In this document: in pieces, positions 1 through 8,903 of the stretch
Numbering within the stretch: position 1 is the first letter of the stretch
Layout: each line of letters starts with the position of its first letter
NCBI GenBank assembly: GCA_963677745.1
Contig: OY782391.1
Span: 1-64,000, forward strand
Length of the DNA: 64,000 bases
Reading direction: 5' to 3'
From: Candidatus Altimarinota bacterium
Lineage (GTDB): Bacteria; Patescibacteriota; Gracilibacteria; UBA1369
Notes under the pieces: generated by a model
What the model saw: only the letters and a program-made list of their open reading frames with translations
What the model was told of the DNA's origin: nothing
Databases searched by the model: none
Program-made: the position numbers and the translations under genes

Positions 1-1
1 G

Positions 2-1315
2 CGCGACTTTCTGGATGAGAGAGAGTTTATCGAGGTGGAGACGCCCATTTTAATCAAAGGCACCCCGGAAGGAAGCCGGGAATACCTTGTGCCGTCCCGC
101 CTTTATCCGGGTAATTTTTTTGTTCTTCCTCAGTCTCCTCAACAGCTCAAACAGCTATTGATGGTAGCGGGATTTGACAGGTATTTTCAAATTGCACGCT
201 GTTTCCGTGATGAAGACTTGCGGGGTGACCGCCAGCCGGAGTTTACCCAGCTTGATCTGGAAATGGCATTTGTGGAGCAGGAAGATATCATGCAACTGAT
301 TGAGGAATTGCTGGTAAAAATCAGCGGTGAGCTGGTTTCACATAAACAAATCCAGACAACGCCCTTCCCCAGGATTACCTGGCAGGAAGCCATGGAGTCT
401 TATGGCTCGGACAAGCCCGATATACGTTTTGGCATGAAGATCGTGGACGTGGCGGATATCGCCGAAAAAACTGAATTTTCCGTTTTTCGAGACGCCCTCA
501 AGGCTGGCGGTCATGTGAAATGTCTGAGGGTGGAGGGTGGATTGGAACTGACCCGCAAAGAAATCGATGATTTGACGGAACTGGCCAAGATACATGGAGC
601 CAGAGGGTTGGCCTATATCCAGATTGCCGCAGATGGACCAAAATCCTCACTGGTGAAATTTTTTACTCAGGAACAGCTGGATCAGTTCATTGAAAGGACC
701 GGGGCCAAGTCCGGAGACATCCTTTTCTTTTCAGCCGGGTCCTTCGAAACTGTCTGCGCCTCTCTCGGGCAGGTGCGTCTGGCCTGCGGAGACCGTTTTA
801 ATCTCAGAGACAATAAAACTCTCGCCTATTTATGGGTGTATGATTTTCCCTTATTTGAAAAAGATCCGGTTAGCGGCAATTTGGCAGCCGCCCATCATCC
901 CTTTACCTCTCCCCAGAACAACCAGCTGGAGATTCTTGAACAGAGTCCCGACAAGACAATCGCCAAGGCTTATGATATAGTATTAAACGGTTATGAAGTC
1001 GGAGGAGGCAGTATCAGGATTCATAATCAGCAATTACAGAAAAAAATCTTTGATCTGTTGAAAATAAGTGATGAGGACGCGCAGAAAAGGTTCGGTCATC
1101 TGCTGGAGGCCTTTGAATACGGAGCACCCCCGCATGGCGGTCTGGCTCTGGGGCTGGAGAGGCTGATCATGATCTATCGCGACGAACCTAATATCAGGGA
1201 AGTGATGGCTTTTCCAAAAGATTCCAAAGCCAAAGATCTGATGCTGGGAGCCCCCTCACCCCTGCCCACCGAAACAATTGAAGAGCTCAGTCTGGAAATA
1301 AAACTAAAAAAATAA
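2..1315 (+). CDS. aspS: Aspartate--tRNA ligase (5' end outside window)
   Basis: Motifs ETPIL..TPEGSREYLVP, QIARCFRDEDLRGDRQPEFTQLDLEM, HHPFTSP, GAPPHGGLALGLER; reading frame is open back to base 2. Confidence 0.97.
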   Translation, partial: RDFLDEREFIEVETPILIKGTPEGSREYLVPSRLYPGNFFVLPQSPQQLKQLLMVAGFDRYFQIARCFRDEDLRGDRQPEFTQLDLEMAFVEQEDIMQLIEELLVKISGELVSHKQIQTTPFPRITWQEAMESYGSDKPDIRFGMKIVDVADIAEKTEFSVFRDALKAGGHVKCLRVEGGLELTRKEIDDLTELAKIHGARGLAYIQIAADGPKSSLVKFFTQEQLDQFIERTGAKSGDILFFSAGSFETVCASLGQVRLACGDRFNLRDNKTLAYLWVYDFPLFEKDPVSGNLAAAHHPFTSPQNNQLEILEQSPDKTIAKAYDIVLNGYEVGGGSIRIHNQQLQKKIFDLLKISDEDAQKRFGHLLEAFEYGAPPHGGLALGLERLIMIYRDEPNIREVMAFPKDSKAKDLMLGAPSPLPTETIEELSLEIKLKK

Positions 1316-3790
1316 ATGCAGAATTTTTTCGTTAAATTACTGGAATTAATTCTGGCCGCCGGCGGCCTGGTACTGGTTTTCTTTCTGGCTAGAGACCGCT
1401 ATCTGGCTCACCGCAACCTGAAACGCTCGCTGAATATGGTTTTTCTGAAAGTGCAGATGGCCAAAAAGGAGAGTCAGGAGGAGAAAGACCAGGAACAGAA
1501 GGACAGTGCCAAGGATTTCAAGGAAGTGATCGGTGTGATGGCGCAGCTCTATGATTCCCTGCATTCCATCTATTCCGGCAAATGGAAAAACTGGTTTACC
1601 GGCGAAGATTTTCTGTCACTGGAATACGTGGTTCTGGAAACCCAGATTTATTTTTACTTTGCAGTCCCCTCCGAATTAAGCCTGTTGGCGGAAAAACAGA
1701 TAACCGGTTTTTTCCCCGACGCCTATGTCGAACAGGTTGAGGAATACAATATCTTCCAGCCTGAATGTAAAATTGCCGCAGCGGCCTTCACGCTCAAGAA
1801 ACATTTTATGTATCCCATAAAAAGTTTCCAACGGTTAACCACTGACCCGATCAACAATCTGACCAACGCCCTTTCCAAACTCCGCTTTGACGACGGGGCC
1901 GTTATCCAGATCATGATTCGTCCCACCGCCAATTGGCAGAAAAAAGGCCGGGAGGAAGCTAAAAACATAATCAATCAGAAACCCTCCAAAAAGGGGCTAG
2001 ACTTAAACCCCCTGAAGCTGCTGCTGGGAGTGGTAACTTTTATGATGGGAACGGAAGAAAAATCTTCCAAAATGCCTGAATCCCAGGGGCGCACCACCCC
2101 CATGACCGACGAGGAAGTCAAAGATCTTGAACAAAAAAACACCGGCAAAGGTTTTCAGACAATCATCAGAATTGTCTGCTCCTCAACCGACGAAAGGGAA
2201 GTCCGTTCCAATCTGACCAATATCACCAGCAGCTTTGCCCAATATGCCTCGCAAAGCGCCAATTCATTTTCCAAGGTGAAATACTATCCCGAGCGGAAAA
2301 TTGTGGAAGACTACATTCTGCGCAAATTTTCTTTTCCGCTGGTCCAAAGATTTAAAAAGAAGATTGCCCTCCTTTCCTCCGAAGAACTGGCCTCCATTTT
2401 CCATCTGCCCAACACCCGTTTCAATAAGACCCCCGGCATTCACTGGCAGAGCTATAAAATCGCCTCGGTACCCAAAGAAATTCCCAAGGAAGGTCTGTTG
2501 CTGGGATACAATCATTTCCGTGGAGTATCCACCGAGATTCGCATGAAACGGGTGGACCGCTTCCGCCACTTTTACGTAATTGGACAGACCGGTACCGGTA
2601 AATCCTCCATTTTTTCCATTATGATCAGACAGGATCTGCGCGAAGGAAACGGCCTGGCGATTGTTGATCCGCATGGTTCACTGATTGCCGATAATATGGC
2701 CTATATTCCACGCAGCAGAGCCGATGACGTGGTCTATTTCAATCCCGCCGACCAGACCCGCCCGATGGGGATTAATCTGCTGGAAGCCGACACCGATGAT
2801 GAAAAGGAACTGGTGGCCATGGATGCCATGAACATCATGATAAAACTGTTCGGCAATGAAATCTTCGGTCCGCGTCTGCAGGATTATTTCCGCAACGGCT
2901 GCCTTACTCTGATGTCGCATCCGGAAGGAGGGACAATGGTGGATATTGTCAGACTGTTTACCGACGACGATTTTCAAAAAGAACGGGTCAGTTATCTTAA
3001 AAACCCGGTTGTAAAATCATTCTGGACCGATCAGATGGCCAAGACCGGTGCCCGTGAAAAACAGGAAATCATCCCTTATTTTGCCGCAAAATTCGGCCAG
3101 TTTGTCACCAATTCAATGATGAGAAACATCATCGGCCAGACCAAATCGGCCTTTGATTTTGCCGATGTCATGCAAACCCAGAAAATTCTTATGATGAATC
3201 TGTCCAAAGGTGAGGTGGGCGACATCAACTCCAAACTGCTCGGTCTGATTATTGTTTCCAAATTGCAGATGGCCACTATGCGCCGCCAAAAATACAAGAA
3301 GGAGGATATCAAGGATTTCTTCCTCTATATCGATGAATTCCAGAATTACATCACCGACTCGATTGAAAGTATTCTTTCCGAAGCCAGAAAGTACCGGCTC
3401 AGCCTGAATATGGCCAATCAATACATTGCCCAGCTGGAAGGCGAGGATGGCAAATCCAAGGTCAAGGACGCCGTTTTCGGCAATGTCGGCACCATGATGT
3501 GTTACAAGATCAGTCCGACCGACGCCGAATATATGGCCAAAGAAATGGCGCCTGTATTTTCCAATCAGGATTTGATCAACCTCGATAATTTCAAGGGCGT
3601 GATGAAGCTTTCCGTAGACGGCAAACCAACCTCGCCTTTCTCCATAAACGTGCCTTTCCCCTGGCTGGAACCGGGGGCGGATCCAAAGGTCGGTGAAGCC
3701 ATTAAGCAGCTCTCCAGGCTGAAATTCGGTCGCGACCGTGAATTCGTGGAGAGAGAGATTACCAGAAGAATCGGGATTATTCAGGACTAA
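1316..3790 (+). CDS. VirB4/TraD/HerA-like P-loop ATPase (CPR type IV secretion/DNA translocase-like) with N-terminal TM helix
   Basis: Walker A GQTGTGKS, IVDPHG, Walker B LYIDEFQN, LSEARKY, ANQY, VFGNVGT; ATG directly follows the aspS stop (TAAATG). Confidence 0.85.
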   Translation: MQNFFVKLLELILAAGGLVLVFFLARDRYLAHRNLKRSLNMVFLKVQMAKKESQEEKDQEQKDSAKDFKEVIGVMAQLYDSLHSIYSGKWKNWFTGEDFLSLEYVVLETQIYFYFAVPSELSLLAEKQITGFFPDAYVEQVEEYNIFQPECKIAAAAFTLKKHFMYPIKSFQRLTTDPINNLTNALSKLRFDDGAVIQIMIRPTANWQKKGREEAKNIINQKPSKKGLDLNPLKLLLGVVTFMMGTEEKSSKMPESQGRTTPMTDEEVKDLEQKNTGKGFQTIIRIVCSSTDEREVRSNLTNITSSFAQYASQSANSFSKVKYYPERKIVEDYILRKFSFPLVQRFKKKIALLSSEELASIFHLPNTRFNKTPGIHWQSYKIASVPKEIPKEGLLLGYNHFRGVSTEIRMKRVDRFRHFYVIGQTGTGKSSIFSIMIRQDLREGNGLAIVDPHGSLIADNMAYIPRSRADDVVYFNPADQTRPMGINLLEADTDDEKELVAMDAMNIMIKLFGNEIFGPRLQDYFRNGCLTLMSHPEGGTMVDIVRLFTDDDFQKERVSYLKNPVVKSFWTDQMAKTGAREKQEIIPYFAAKFGQFVTNSMMRNIIGQTKSAFDFADVMQTQKILMMNLSKGEVGDINSKLLGLIIVSKLQMATMRRQKYKKEDIKDFFLYIDEFQNYITDSIESILSEARKYRLSLNMANQYIAQLEGEDGKSKVKDAVFGNVGTMMCYKISPTDAEYMAKEMAPVFSNQDLINLDNFKGVMKLSVDGKPTSPFSINVPFPWLEPGADPKVGEAIKQLSRLKFGRDREFVEREITRRIGIIQD

Positions 3791-3892
3791 AAACAATCTT
3801 CAACGCGGTGGTAAGCGGTATTTCAACGTGTCGAGAGAAAACACAAAGATTCTATATAGCAAGGTCTAATACCCGCTCCGGAGTCCGTTTTT

Positions 3893-3901
3893 TGGTATAA
3901 T
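3893..3901 (+). promoter_or_regulatory. Extended -10 promoter element (TGgTATAAT)
   Basis: TGGTATAAT about 33 nt upstream of ATG 3934. Confidence 0.5.
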
Positions 3902-3933
3902 GTAAAGATTTATTAAATTAAGTCTTTGCTCAG

Positions 3934-5145
3934 ATGAAACTAAATAAATTGTTATTAGCCGGTTCAGTCATGTTCTCCTTATTTTCTTTCGGCGAAGTGG
4001 CTTGGGCCGAGGACGGTGCGGCAAATCCTGTTCAGCCAACGGTTTACCCCTATGAGAAAACCTACACCATTACCGCCTATTACTCTCCTATTGAAGGCCA
4101 AAAGCGTTATTTGAAGGGGTCCCTGGCGGCCGACAAAAAACTCAACGGCAACGGTGTGCACGGGGCAGACGGGACAGACGTATATCCGGGCATGATTGCC
4201 GCTCCCAAAAGCGTACCTTTTGGTACCAAAATGAATATTCCGGGGTTGGGGCTGGTGGCCGTACACGACCGGGGAGGCGCAATAGTGCATGCCGGAGACA
4301 GAGGTGGCCAATATGACCGCCTGGACGTCTGGATGGGCTATGGCGATGAAGGATTGAACCGGGCCCTGCGCTGGGGCAAAAGACAGGTCAAAGTAACGGT
4401 ATACGGCATTGACGAAAGTATTCAGGAAAAAATCGATCTCAGTACAATTTCCGGTGCCGATTTGCCCGGAAAGGCAGTCCAGGGGCAGTCTCAACTGACC
4501 TTCCGGACTGATTATGGTTACGGTGATAAAAACGAAGAAATCCCTCAGATTAAGCAGAAATTAAAAGATCTGTCTTATTACAAGGGGCAGATTGACAATC
4601 AATATGACACAGGACTTTACCAGGCCGTGCTCGATTTTCAGCTGAAGTACGGCATTGTGGACGACGAAAATGATTTTGGGGCGGGATATTTTGGTCCGCA
4701 GACCCGCAAAACTCTGGAAAAAGCCATGAACGGTCTGCAACCGTCCCAGGAGGACGTTTTGACGGTGATTGCCGTAGCCAAGGCGGCCAACAACGACGAT
4801 GCCTATTCCGAGGCAGTACAGCTGGCTGGAAACGGGCTTTCCTTTTTGGCGGTGGATCTCCGGCCAGGCGATTCCGGACAGTCAGTTGTGGAATTGCAGA
4901 CGGAACTCAGAAAACTTAATCTATTTGGTCTGGAGCCGACCGGCAACTACGGTGAGGTCACGGCGCATGCCGTCTTCAAATTCCAGCAGGGCAGGGGACT
5001 GGTGGGAGACCTGAGTTCTCCGGGAGCAGGGGTCTTTGGGCCGGTTACCCGCGAAGAACTGCGGGCGCTGGTAAGCACGCGCATCGAAACCAGAAAAACG
5101 ATCGCTTCCAACGGCAGCCGTAAGGCATTATTGGCTCAAAAATAA
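3934..5145 (+). CDS. Secreted 3D-domain (MltA-like) peptidoglycan hydrolase with two peptidoglycan-binding domains
   Basis: Signal peptide; 3D motifs TITAYYSP, IAAPKSVPFGT, HDRGGAI, RLDVWMG; two PG_binding_1-like repeats (AVLDFQLKYG..GYFGPQTR; AVFKFQ..GVFGPVTR). Confidence 0.8.
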   Translation: MKLNKLLLAGSVMFSLFSFGEVAWAEDGAANPVQPTVYPYEKTYTITAYYSPIEGQKRYLKGSLAADKKLNGNGVHGADGTDVYPGMIAAPKSVPFGTKMNIPGLGLVAVHDRGGAIVHAGDRGGQYDRLDVWMGYGDEGLNRALRWGKRQVKVTVYGIDESIQEKIDLSTISGADLPGKAVQGQSQLTFRTDYGYGDKNEEIPQIKQKLKDLSYYKGQIDNQYDTGLYQAVLDFQLKYGIVDDENDFGAGYFGPQTRKTLEKAMNGLQPSQEDVLTVIAVAKAANNDDAYSEAVQLAGNGLSFLAVDLRPGDSGQSVVELQTELRKLNLFGLEPTGNYGEVTAHAVFKFQQGRGLVGDLSSPGAGVFGPVTREELRALVSTRIETRKTIASNGSRKALLAQK

Positions 5146-5151
5146 AAAGGC

Positions 5152-5180
5152 TTCACAATAGAACACCCGTTCTATATAAT
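5152..5180 (+). promoter_or_regulatory. Sigma70 promoter with SOS-box-like palindrome in the spacer
   Basis: TTCACA(5152-57)-17 nt-TATAAT(5175-80); spacer holds TAGAAC-ACCC-GTTCTA, i.e. GAAC-N4-GTTC. Confidence 0.8.
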
Positions 5181-5205
5181 GGTTACGTTTAATAACGTCG
5201 TACCC

Positions 5206-5859
5206 ATGATTCGTGGTGTTCCCAAAACAGAGTTGACCCGCAAACAAAGAGAATTACTGGTAAAAATAGGGGGGTTTTTTGAAAGGGAAGGGTATTACCC
5301 ATCCACCCGGGAGATCGGCCAAATCCTGAAGACCAGTTCTTCCAATACGGCTTTCAGCCATCTCCAGGCTCTCTGTAAAAAGGGCTATCTAAAAAAGAAT
5401 ACCAAAGGAAAAATTATTGCCATTACGCAGGAGGCTCACCAATTCGAATCGGCAGTTCCCTTCAGGGCTGTTTCCGATTCGCTCTCCATCCCTTATTTTC
5501 CGGCCGGCGTTCCGGCCGGGTTTCAGGCGCCGGCCGAAGACGCCGGTCGCGAAATGTTGACGGTGGATCAGTATCTGATCAAAAGTCCCAACAACACCTT
5601 TGCCCTGAAAGTCAGCGGACAGTCCATGGAAAAAGCGGGCATCCTGGCCGGGGATCTGCTGCTGGTGGAAAAAAGAAGCGACGCCCGTCCCGGCCAGATT
5701 ATCGTCGCCCATTTGCCCAGCGGTTTTACCGTCAAACGGCTGATTGAAGAGAACGGACAGAAATTTCTCAAAGCCGAAAGTTCCAGGGAGTATCAGATCA
5801 GACTGGAAGAGGGCACCGAAATTTGGGGTATTGTTATAGGCATTATCAGAAAATATTAA
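5206..5859 (+). CDS. lexA: LexA-type repressor / UmuD-like S24 autopeptidase
   Basis: N-terminal LexA wHTH (LTRKQRELL..GYYPSTREIG..HLQALCKKGYL); cleavage loop VPAG-F; catalytic Ser in GQSM and Lys in FTVKRL. The start is moved to 5206 because ATG 5179 overlaps the -10 box. Confidence 0.8.
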   Translation: MIRGVPKTELTRKQRELLVKIGGFFEREGYYPSTREIGQILKTSSSNTAFSHLQALCKKGYLKKNTKGKIIAITQEAHQFESAVPFRAVSDSLSIPYFPAGVPAGFQAPAEDAGREMLTVDQYLIKSPNNTFALKVSGQSMEKAGILAGDLLLVEKRSDARPGQIIVAHLPSGFTVKRLIEENGQKFLKAESSREYQIRLEEGTEIWGIVIGIIRKY

Positions 5860-7104
5860 ATGTGTTTTTTTCAGCGCACTTCATTTCCGACCGCCATCGC
5901 CCATATCGACTGCAATGCCTTCTTTGCTTCCGTGGAAGAGGCCTATACCCCCGCCTATCGGGGCAAGCCGTTGTTGGTGGCCGGGATGGGCGCCAGTTGC
6001 GTTATAACGGCCAATTATGCCGCCAGAAAGTTCAATATTGGTACCGGCACACCTGTCTGGGAGGCCAGAAAAATCTGTCCACAGGCCATTATTGTGCCGG
6101 CCAACTTTCGCAGGTATATGCTTTTTCATCAGAATTTTCTTAAAATCATCGCCGAGTTCACGCCGGACATCGAAGCCGCCAGCATTGATGAGTGCTATAT
6201 CGATCTCAAGGGCCTCAGGCGTCTTTATCGCAAATCCTATGCGGCCATTTGCGGGGACATCCAGGCCGCCATCAAATCCCGGCTCGGCATTGGCGTGTCT
6301 ATCGGACTGTCCACCAGCAAAGTCCTGGCCAAGGTCGCCAGCAATTATAAAAAACCCAACGGACTCACAGTGGTCAGCGGCAAGGATATTGAAAAATTCC
6401 TCCGTATTATCCCCATCGAAAAAATCAAGGGTCTGGGCACCAATTCCAGAGCTTTATTGGCGAAACAGGGGATAGACACCACCATGAAATTTGTCACGGC
6501 GCCTCCGGATCAGATCAAGAAACTGCTGGGCAAGCCCGGCCTGGAAATGCAGCTGGAACTGCGCGGCTTCAGTGTCCGGCCGGTCAATACAGAAACGCCC
6601 TTGCCCAAGTCACTGGCCCGCACCCGTTCCTTTACCGTCACCTCCGACCGCCAGATTATTTATCAGGAACTGTTGAAAAATCTTGCTCTGGCTTTCTGGC
6701 ACCTTCGAAAACGTAAATTAAAAACCAATCTTCTTACTCTGATGCTACGTACCCGCGACTATAAAACTTATGGAGAGGAAATCAGGCTTCCTGAAGATCT
6801 CAACTGCGAGGGTGCGATCGTCGGCGCCGTCAAACAGGGCTTTGAACGCCTTTACAGATCCGGCTGGCAATACAGGAGCAGCGGCATCATTACCACCGGT
6901 CTCCGTCCTGAAGATATGATTCCCCCTAAACTGTTCCCCAATGAGCTGGAAACAGACCAACAGCTCTCCCTGTTTGAAAAAATCGACCGGATTAACGACA
7001 AATACGGCGCCGAAACGATCGCCCTGGCCGGCGGCAAGAAAATCTCCGGCGGACCGGCCGGCCCGGAAAAACTCAATCTGCCGTTTCTGGGAACGGCACA
7101 TTAA
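5860..7104 (+). CDS. Y-family DNA polymerase (UmuC/DinB-like)
   Basis: HIDCNAFFASVE, ANYAAR, SIDECYID, KVLAKVASNYKKPNG; C-terminal QLSLF clamp-binding motif and DRINDKYG. Confidence 0.92.
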   Translation: MCFFQRTSFPTAIAHIDCNAFFASVEEAYTPAYRGKPLLVAGMGASCVITANYAARKFNIGTGTPVWEARKICPQAIIVPANFRRYMLFHQNFLKIIAEFTPDIEAASIDECYIDLKGLRRLYRKSYAAICGDIQAAIKSRLGIGVSIGLSTSKVLAKVASNYKKPNGLTVVSGKDIEKFLRIIPIEKIKGLGTNSRALLAKQGIDTTMKFVTAPPDQIKKLLGKPGLEMQLELRGFSVRPVNTETPLPKSLARTRSFTVTSDRQIIYQELLKNLALAFWHLRKRKLKTNLLTLMLRTRDYKTYGEEIRLPEDLNCEGAIVGAVKQGFERLYRSGWQYRSSGIITTGLRPEDMIPPKLFPNELETDQQLSLFEKIDRINDKYGAETIALAGGKKISGGPAGPEKLNLPFLGTAH

Positions 7105-7130
7105 ATTTAACTCCGGAACATTCATAAAAA

Positions 7131-7214
7131 TGGTGCTGGAGAGAGGACTCGAACCTCCATGCTTTTGGCGCTAGCTCCTAAAGCTAGTGTGTCTACCAGT
7201 TCCACCACTCCAGC
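7131..7214 (-). tRNA. tRNA-Leu(TAG)
   Basis: Reverse complement GCTGGAGTGGTGGAACTGGTAGACACACTAGCTTTAGGAGCTAG...GGTTCGAGTCCTCTCTCCAGCACCA; long variable arm, CCA end. Confidence 0.95.
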
Positions 7215-7241
7215 ATCTGCAAAATGCCTCAAAAATATAAT

Positions 7242-7553
7242 TTAACCACCCATCAAATGCAAATGGATGTGCAGTATCTCCTGTCCGCCTTTTTCACCTA
7301 CGTTAAATTGAAGCTTGTAGCCTTCCAGCCCAAATTTCTTTCCCATATTCCTGGCCACCAGAAGCAGATGCCCCAATAAAGCCTGATCGGCATCTTCGGC
7401 ATCCATGATAGTCGGAATTTCCTTTCTGGGGATAATCAGCAGATGGATGGGCGCCTTGGGGAACTTGTCATGAATGACAAAACATAATCCATCCTGGTAT
7501 TCTATTTTTGAGGGGATTTCACCGTTGGCGATTTTGGTAAATAAACTTGTCAT
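7242..7553 (-). CDS. HIT family nucleotide-binding protein (HinT-like)
   Basis: LFTKI..GEIPS, PKAPIHLLIIP, GQEILHIHLHLMGG. Confidence 0.93.
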   Translation of the reverse strand: MTSLFTKIANGEIPSKIEYQDGLCFVIHDKFPKAPIHLLIIPRKEIPTIMDAEDADQALLGHLLLVARNMGKKFGLEGYKLQFNVGEKGGQEILHIHLHLMGG

Positions 7554-7565
7554 TTTGTTTTAAAT

Positions 7566-7596
7566 AAAAAAGACCCATCCAAAGATAGGCTTTTTT
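7566..7596 (-). terminator. Intrinsic terminator
   Basis: Minus strand GCCTATC-TTTG-GATGGGT followed by CTTTTTT, downstream of ORF 7644-8735. Confidence 0.6.
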
Positions 7597-7643
7597 ATAA
7601 ATATTTTCAAATATACTCCGGACTCGTCTGCTAAAACCGTCTA

Positions 7644-8735
7644 CTAAGCAGCCCGGCTCTCCTCCAGGGCATAAACGGCGCGTCCTACTCTGACAAACTG
7701 ATTATTCTTCTGTAAATTCAATGAAATTGTGCCTTTTTTGACTCTTCTCTGCTTCAAAACTCCGGCAATGATTTCCTGCTTGGTCATGGGGGATTTCTTT
7801 TTCAACAGACCTTCAATCACATCTGCCACAGTTCCTCTCTTGTAGCCCCATTCTTTAAGTGCATAAAGTCCGCGTCCAACCAGTACAAACTGGTCATATC
7901 GTATCAATTCGTTATGTACCGCCTGTGTGGTGACAACTTTCTTGTCAAAACCGGCTGCGGCAATTCTGTTGGCAATTTCCACAAAATGCAGCGGCTCGCC
8001 GCCTTTTTTCAGAACAATATAAGCCTTATCGCGAATACTTCTGGGATTGATATGTCTCCAGGAAGTTAAACCAAACCCTTCAATCACCCGTTTTACTCTT
8101 CTGTCCACTTCCATTGCCGAAATAATAAAATCGGCGTCAAAAGCTTTTCCTCTTTCGACCAGAGTGGCCTGGACGTCTTTGGCCAGCACTTCATCAGTGC
8201 AGACATCACCTTTCTTGTTCATGATTCCGATTCCGGCGTTGATCACGGCTTTTACGTCTTCAAAAGAAACAGTGGTCAGCTTCCAGAAAGGCTTATAAAC
8301 ATTGGTCTTTTCAAATTTGACAATATCAACATTAATATTGAGCGCCAGTCTGACAATATGAGCGTCGGTTTCCTGCTTACTGGCAATCTTGTTAATTAAT
8401 TCGGCTACCAGCTTGTTTTCCAGTAACAGTCCTCCGTTGGCCTTCAGGATTTCCTTGGCCATCTTATTAATCATACTTAGTCTGGTGGTCTCCACGGTCC
8501 GGCGTAATTTTCCCAGTGCAATCTTCTCAATTTGACGCACTCTTTCCCTGGTTACCGAGAAAGACTGTCCAATCCTTTCCAAAGTCTGTTTTGGCTTATT
8601 ATCTAGACAAAAACGTTTGATAATAACCTCCTTTTCTTTGGGTGTCAGAACCAAAAACATATCCTCAATTATATCTGTCAAATTGAGTATTTCCTGCACC
8701 GCAGGGGCTGCTGAGCTGGTATTGTCTTGAGTCAT
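7644..8735 (-). CDS. Sigma70 region-4 HTH fused to HARE-HTH/RNAP-delta-like winged helices (paralog 1)
   Basis: LTPKEKEVIIKRFCL..TLERIGQSFSVTRERVRQIEKIALGKLR (sigma r4); C-terminal EPLHFVEIANRI..QAVHNELIR..FVLVGRGLYALKEWG. Confidence 0.75.
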   Translation of the reverse strand: MTQDNTSSAAPAVQEILNLTDIIEDMFLVLTPKEKEVIIKRFCLDNKPKQTLERIGQSFSVTRERVRQIEKIALGKLRRTVETTRLSMINKMAKEILKANGGLLLENKLVAELINKIASKQETDAHIVRLALNINVDIVKFEKTNVYKPFWKLTTVSFEDVKAVINAGIGIMNKKGDVCTDEVLAKDVQATLVERGKAFDADFIISAMEVDRRVKRVIEGFGLTSWRHINPRSIRDKAYIVLKKGGEPLHFVEIANRIAAAGFDKKVVTTQAVHNELIRYDQFVLVGRGLYALKEWGYKRGTVADVIEGLLKKKSPMTKQEIIAGVLKQRRVKKGTISLNLQKNNQFVRVGRAVYALEESRAA

Positions 8736-8764
8736 ATAAATCCATTATGTTGCTTCGGATATAA

Positions 8765-8830
8765 AATATATGTTTCGGTAACATTATTGTCAAGCAAGAA
8801 ATTTGACATCCTTCACAGTTTGTTTATTAC
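8765..8830. promoter_or_regulatory. Back-to-back divergent sigma70 promoters
   Basis: Minus: TTGACA(8793-8788)-17-TATATT(8770-8765). Plus: TTGACA(8803-08)-16-TATTAC(8825-30). Confidence 0.5.
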
Positions 8831-8903
8831 CAAAATCACTATTCAATCTCCCAAGGCATGTCATAATAACGCAATAATTCAGCAATGTCAAATTTGAGTT
8901 TGT

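Noticed and set aside
3113-3796. Long antisense ORFs (e.g. 3113-3796, 22905-23603, 47954-48625, 49117-49590)
   Set aside because: They are shadows of conserved sense-strand genes with no motifs of their own.
5179-5205. ORF-track start of lexA at 5179
   Set aside because: That ATG overlaps the TATAAT box; ATG 5206 fits the promoter.
3800-7131. Integrated island ending at tRNA-Leu(TAG)
   Set aside because: No integrase and no duplicated tRNA 3' end seen; adjacency alone is insufficient.
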